Origin: Methanothrix sp.
GTDB taxonomy: Archaea; Halobacteriota; Methanosarcinia; Methanotrichales; Methanotrichaceae
Assembly (NCBI GenBank): GCA_963682135.1
Contig: OY821645.1
Coordinates: 800,001-864,000, forward strand
DNA: 64,000 bases
Direction: 5' to 3'
Positions 62,055-64,000 of the stretch are shown here, one piece after another. The translations under genes and the position numbers were made by a program. The notes under the pieces were generated by a model. It saw nothing but the letters and a program-made list of their open reading frames with translations. It did not search any database and had not been told where the DNA came from. How positions within the stretch are numbered: the stretch's first letter is position 1; every line of letters begins with the position of its first letter.

Positions 62055-62879
62055 TCATACCCCAAGGGCCAGCCTCAAGGTATTGCGCACGGCTGGCGCC
62101 AGGCCCAGGGTGATGAGAGCCAGCCGGGTGAGATTTCGCAGAGATGGCTCCTGCATGGATTTGTCGATCATGTAGAGCACGGGAAAGAGAACGAGCAGCT
62201 TGAGGGGAAACATAATTGCTGCCGTGCCGACCAGGTTTATGAAATAAGTGGGAACAACGTGCTTCTCATAGTAGGAGAACCAGTCCACACCGATATAAGT
62301 TGAGCTGGCATCCAGCATATGGGCATAGATGATCATTTGATTGAATCTCTCCTCCAAGAACTTAAGAGCAGACAGACGCCTCCCGCAAAGGAGGACCCCC
62401 CCGGCAAGGATTGAACCCAGCAGGAAGACGGCAGCTATGACCCAGGCGTTCTTAAATCCGATCGAAGAAAGAACTGCCAGATTCAAAAAGGTCCAGAGAA
62501 AGCCGATGGCTGCATATTTAGCATGAAACTTCTCGCCCCAGATATTTCGGGAGATGATCAAAACGGCTGCAGTGACAAGAAAGACCAGGAAGAAGATGAG
62601 CGGCGTGATTAAAAGATATCTCCAGGGAGCAGCGACCAGATTGGCATCCTCGATCACCCTCAGACTCGATCCGGCCAGAATGTAAGGCAGGGTAGAGAGC
62701 AGTAGCCGCTCATCCATCAATATGTTCAGGCGGCCCAGCAATTTTAAGAGGCCAAATATGGCCAGGCCCAGGATTATCGCCCAGGTAACGGTATCCACAG
62801 GGTTATAGCTGGTATCGTAGATTATGGGATCGATGTAGTATTTTTGCACAAAGGCGGCAAGGCCGGCAGGGTCGCTCAC
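62055..62879 (-). CDS. DUF63-family archaeal membrane protein
   Basis: 'YNPVDT', 'LRVIED', 'HMLDASST', 'YEKHVV', 'LGLAPAVRN'. Confidence 0.82.
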   Translation of the reverse strand: MSDPAGLAAFVQKYYIDPIIYDTSYNPVDTVTWAIILGLAIFGLLKLLGRLNILMDERLLLSTLPYILAGSSLRVIEDANLVAAPWRYLLITPLIFFLVFLVTAAVLIISRNIWGEKFHAKYAAIGFLWTFLNLAVLSSIGFKNAWVIAAVFLLGSILAGGVLLCGRRLSALKFLEERFNQMIIYAHMLDASSTYIGVDWFSYYEKHVVPTYFINLVGTAAIMFPLKLLVLFPVLYMIDKSMQEPSLRNLTRLALITLGLAPAVRNTLRLALGV

Positions 62880-63012
62880 AATTCAGCTCCTTGTATGGAC
62901 TCATATTTCATATTTCCGAGAGTCCAACGCTGCGGTGCGGCGGCGGAAAGTATTTATATTGCAGACGTAAAAAGCATCATGTCCGTTTTCTGATTTTAGT
63001 TGAGGTAATTAG

Positions 63013-63633
63013 ATGGTCGAGGTGTTCAAAGGTACAACTACGGTAGGTGTACTCTGCGATGGAGGTGTAGTCCTTGCATCGGAGAGCCGTGCTACCATGG
63101 GCAGCTTCATAGCCAGCAGCACCGCTAAGAAGATTTATCAGATTGATGACCTGGTAGGTCTGACAACGGCAGGAGCGGTAGGTGATGCCCAATCGCTGGT
63201 TAGAATGGTTCAGGTGGAGGCAAGGCTCTACAAGATGCAAAGGGGCGAAAACATGACCGTTAAAGCTGTGACCTCAATGCTTGCCAATATACTCTCTTCA
63301 CGCCGCTACTATCCATTCATGGTCCAGCTTGTCATGGGTGGCGTGGACAGGTACGGCCCCAAGATTTATTCTCTTGATGCCCTAGGCGGGCAGATCGAAG
63401 AGCGCAAAGTCGTGGCCACCGGTTCAGGATCTCCCATAGCCTACGGCGTGCTGGAAGCCATGTACAAGCCCGGCATAAGCATTGAAGATGGAACGGTGCT
63501 GGCAGCCAGGGCAATTCATAATGCCATGAAGCGCGATTCAGCTTCAGGTGACAAAATCGAGCTCGTCAGAATCACTGATAAATACCAGGAGGTAGGCGAG
63601 CCGGAGTTTTCAGAGATCATGAAGCTCCTCTAA
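63013..63633 (+). CDS. psmB: Proteasome beta subunit
   Basis: Propeptide ...KG/TTTVG catalytic Thr, 'TGSGS', 'RDSASG'. Confidence 0.96.
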   Translation: MVEVFKGTTTVGVLCDGGVVLASESRATMGSFIASSTAKKIYQIDDLVGLTTAGAVGDAQSLVRMVQVEARLYKMQRGENMTVKAVTSMLANILSSRRYYPFMVQLVMGGVDRYGPKIYSLDALGGQIEERKVVATGSGSPIAYGVLEAMYKPGISIEDGTVLAARAIHNAMKRDSASGDKIELVRITDKYQEVGEPEFSEIMKLL

Positions 63634-63653
63634 TCTTTTTTGGATGTGTTCTA

Positions 63654-64000
63654 TTGTCTGTAGAAGAAGTACTTTTTGAGCTCAAACGCAAGGTGCAGAG
63701 CAAGCTGCCTCCGGACATCAATGTCACGGGGCTGGAATTCGAGGGCCCGGAGCTGGTCATTTATACGGACGACCCCAAGAAGCTGGCGGACGATGGCGAT
63801 ATCATACGTAACCTGGCTAAAGAGCTTCGCAAGCGCGTCGTGGTGCGCCCGGACCTGAAGGTATTAGCCGAACCTGAAATTTCTATAACCAAGATCCAGG
63901 AAGTTGTGCCCAAGGAAGCAGTCCTCACCAACTATTACTTTGACGGCGAGACCGGAGAGGTGCAGATCGAGGCGGAAAAGCCGGGCCTGGTTATAGGTCG
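63654..64000 (+). CDS. fttA: aCPSF1/FttA beta-CASP ribonuclease (KH domains), partial
   Basis: TTG start, MSVEEVLFELK...EFEGPELVIYT...LRKRVVVRPD...EAEKPGLVIG; conserved position after psmB; runs off the window. Confidence 0.9.
   Translation, partial: MSVEEVLFELKRKVQSKLPPDINVTGLEFEGPELVIYTDDPKKLADDGDIIRNLAKELRKRVVVRPDLKVLAEPEISITKIQEVVPKEAVLTNYYFDGETGEVQIEAEKPGLVIG

Overview
Archaeal chromosome window from a Methanothrix (Methanosaeta)-type methanogen, judged from the 16S sequence and gene content. Left to right it holds: a minus-strand type III-B Cmr operon (cmr1-cas10-cmr3-cmr4-cmr5, running off the left edge); a patch of accessory genes (PolA fragment, methyltransferase, Isf-like flavoprotein, secreted adenosine deaminase and phosphoesterase); a Liv-type ABC transporter; a probably frameshift-split TIR/NDT-like + 47-aa TPR-repeat gene; an IS630 element; a hicBA TA pair; a complete rRNA operon (16S-tRNA-Ala-23S-5S); and housekeeping genes (aconitase, tgtA, arcS, rqcH, mat, marker-16/comDE, dsrEFH-like, psmB, aCPSF1) with a DUF2589-like island. 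The top finding lies in the gap upstream of cmr1. A solitary CRISPR repeat-spacer unit there has its own promoter and terminator. Its spacer is antisense (24/26 nt) to the coding region of a neighbouring, unannotated 55-aa membrane peptide gene, which has its own promoter, Shine-Dalgarno and terminator. The mismatches fall at flipped-out positions 12 and 24 and across the Cas10-activating first segment. This suggests a type III CRISPR-guided toxin-antitoxin (addiction) module that silences a toxin mRNA without triggering immunity. That function is inferred, not tested. All family assignments come from motif recognition by eye, without database searches.
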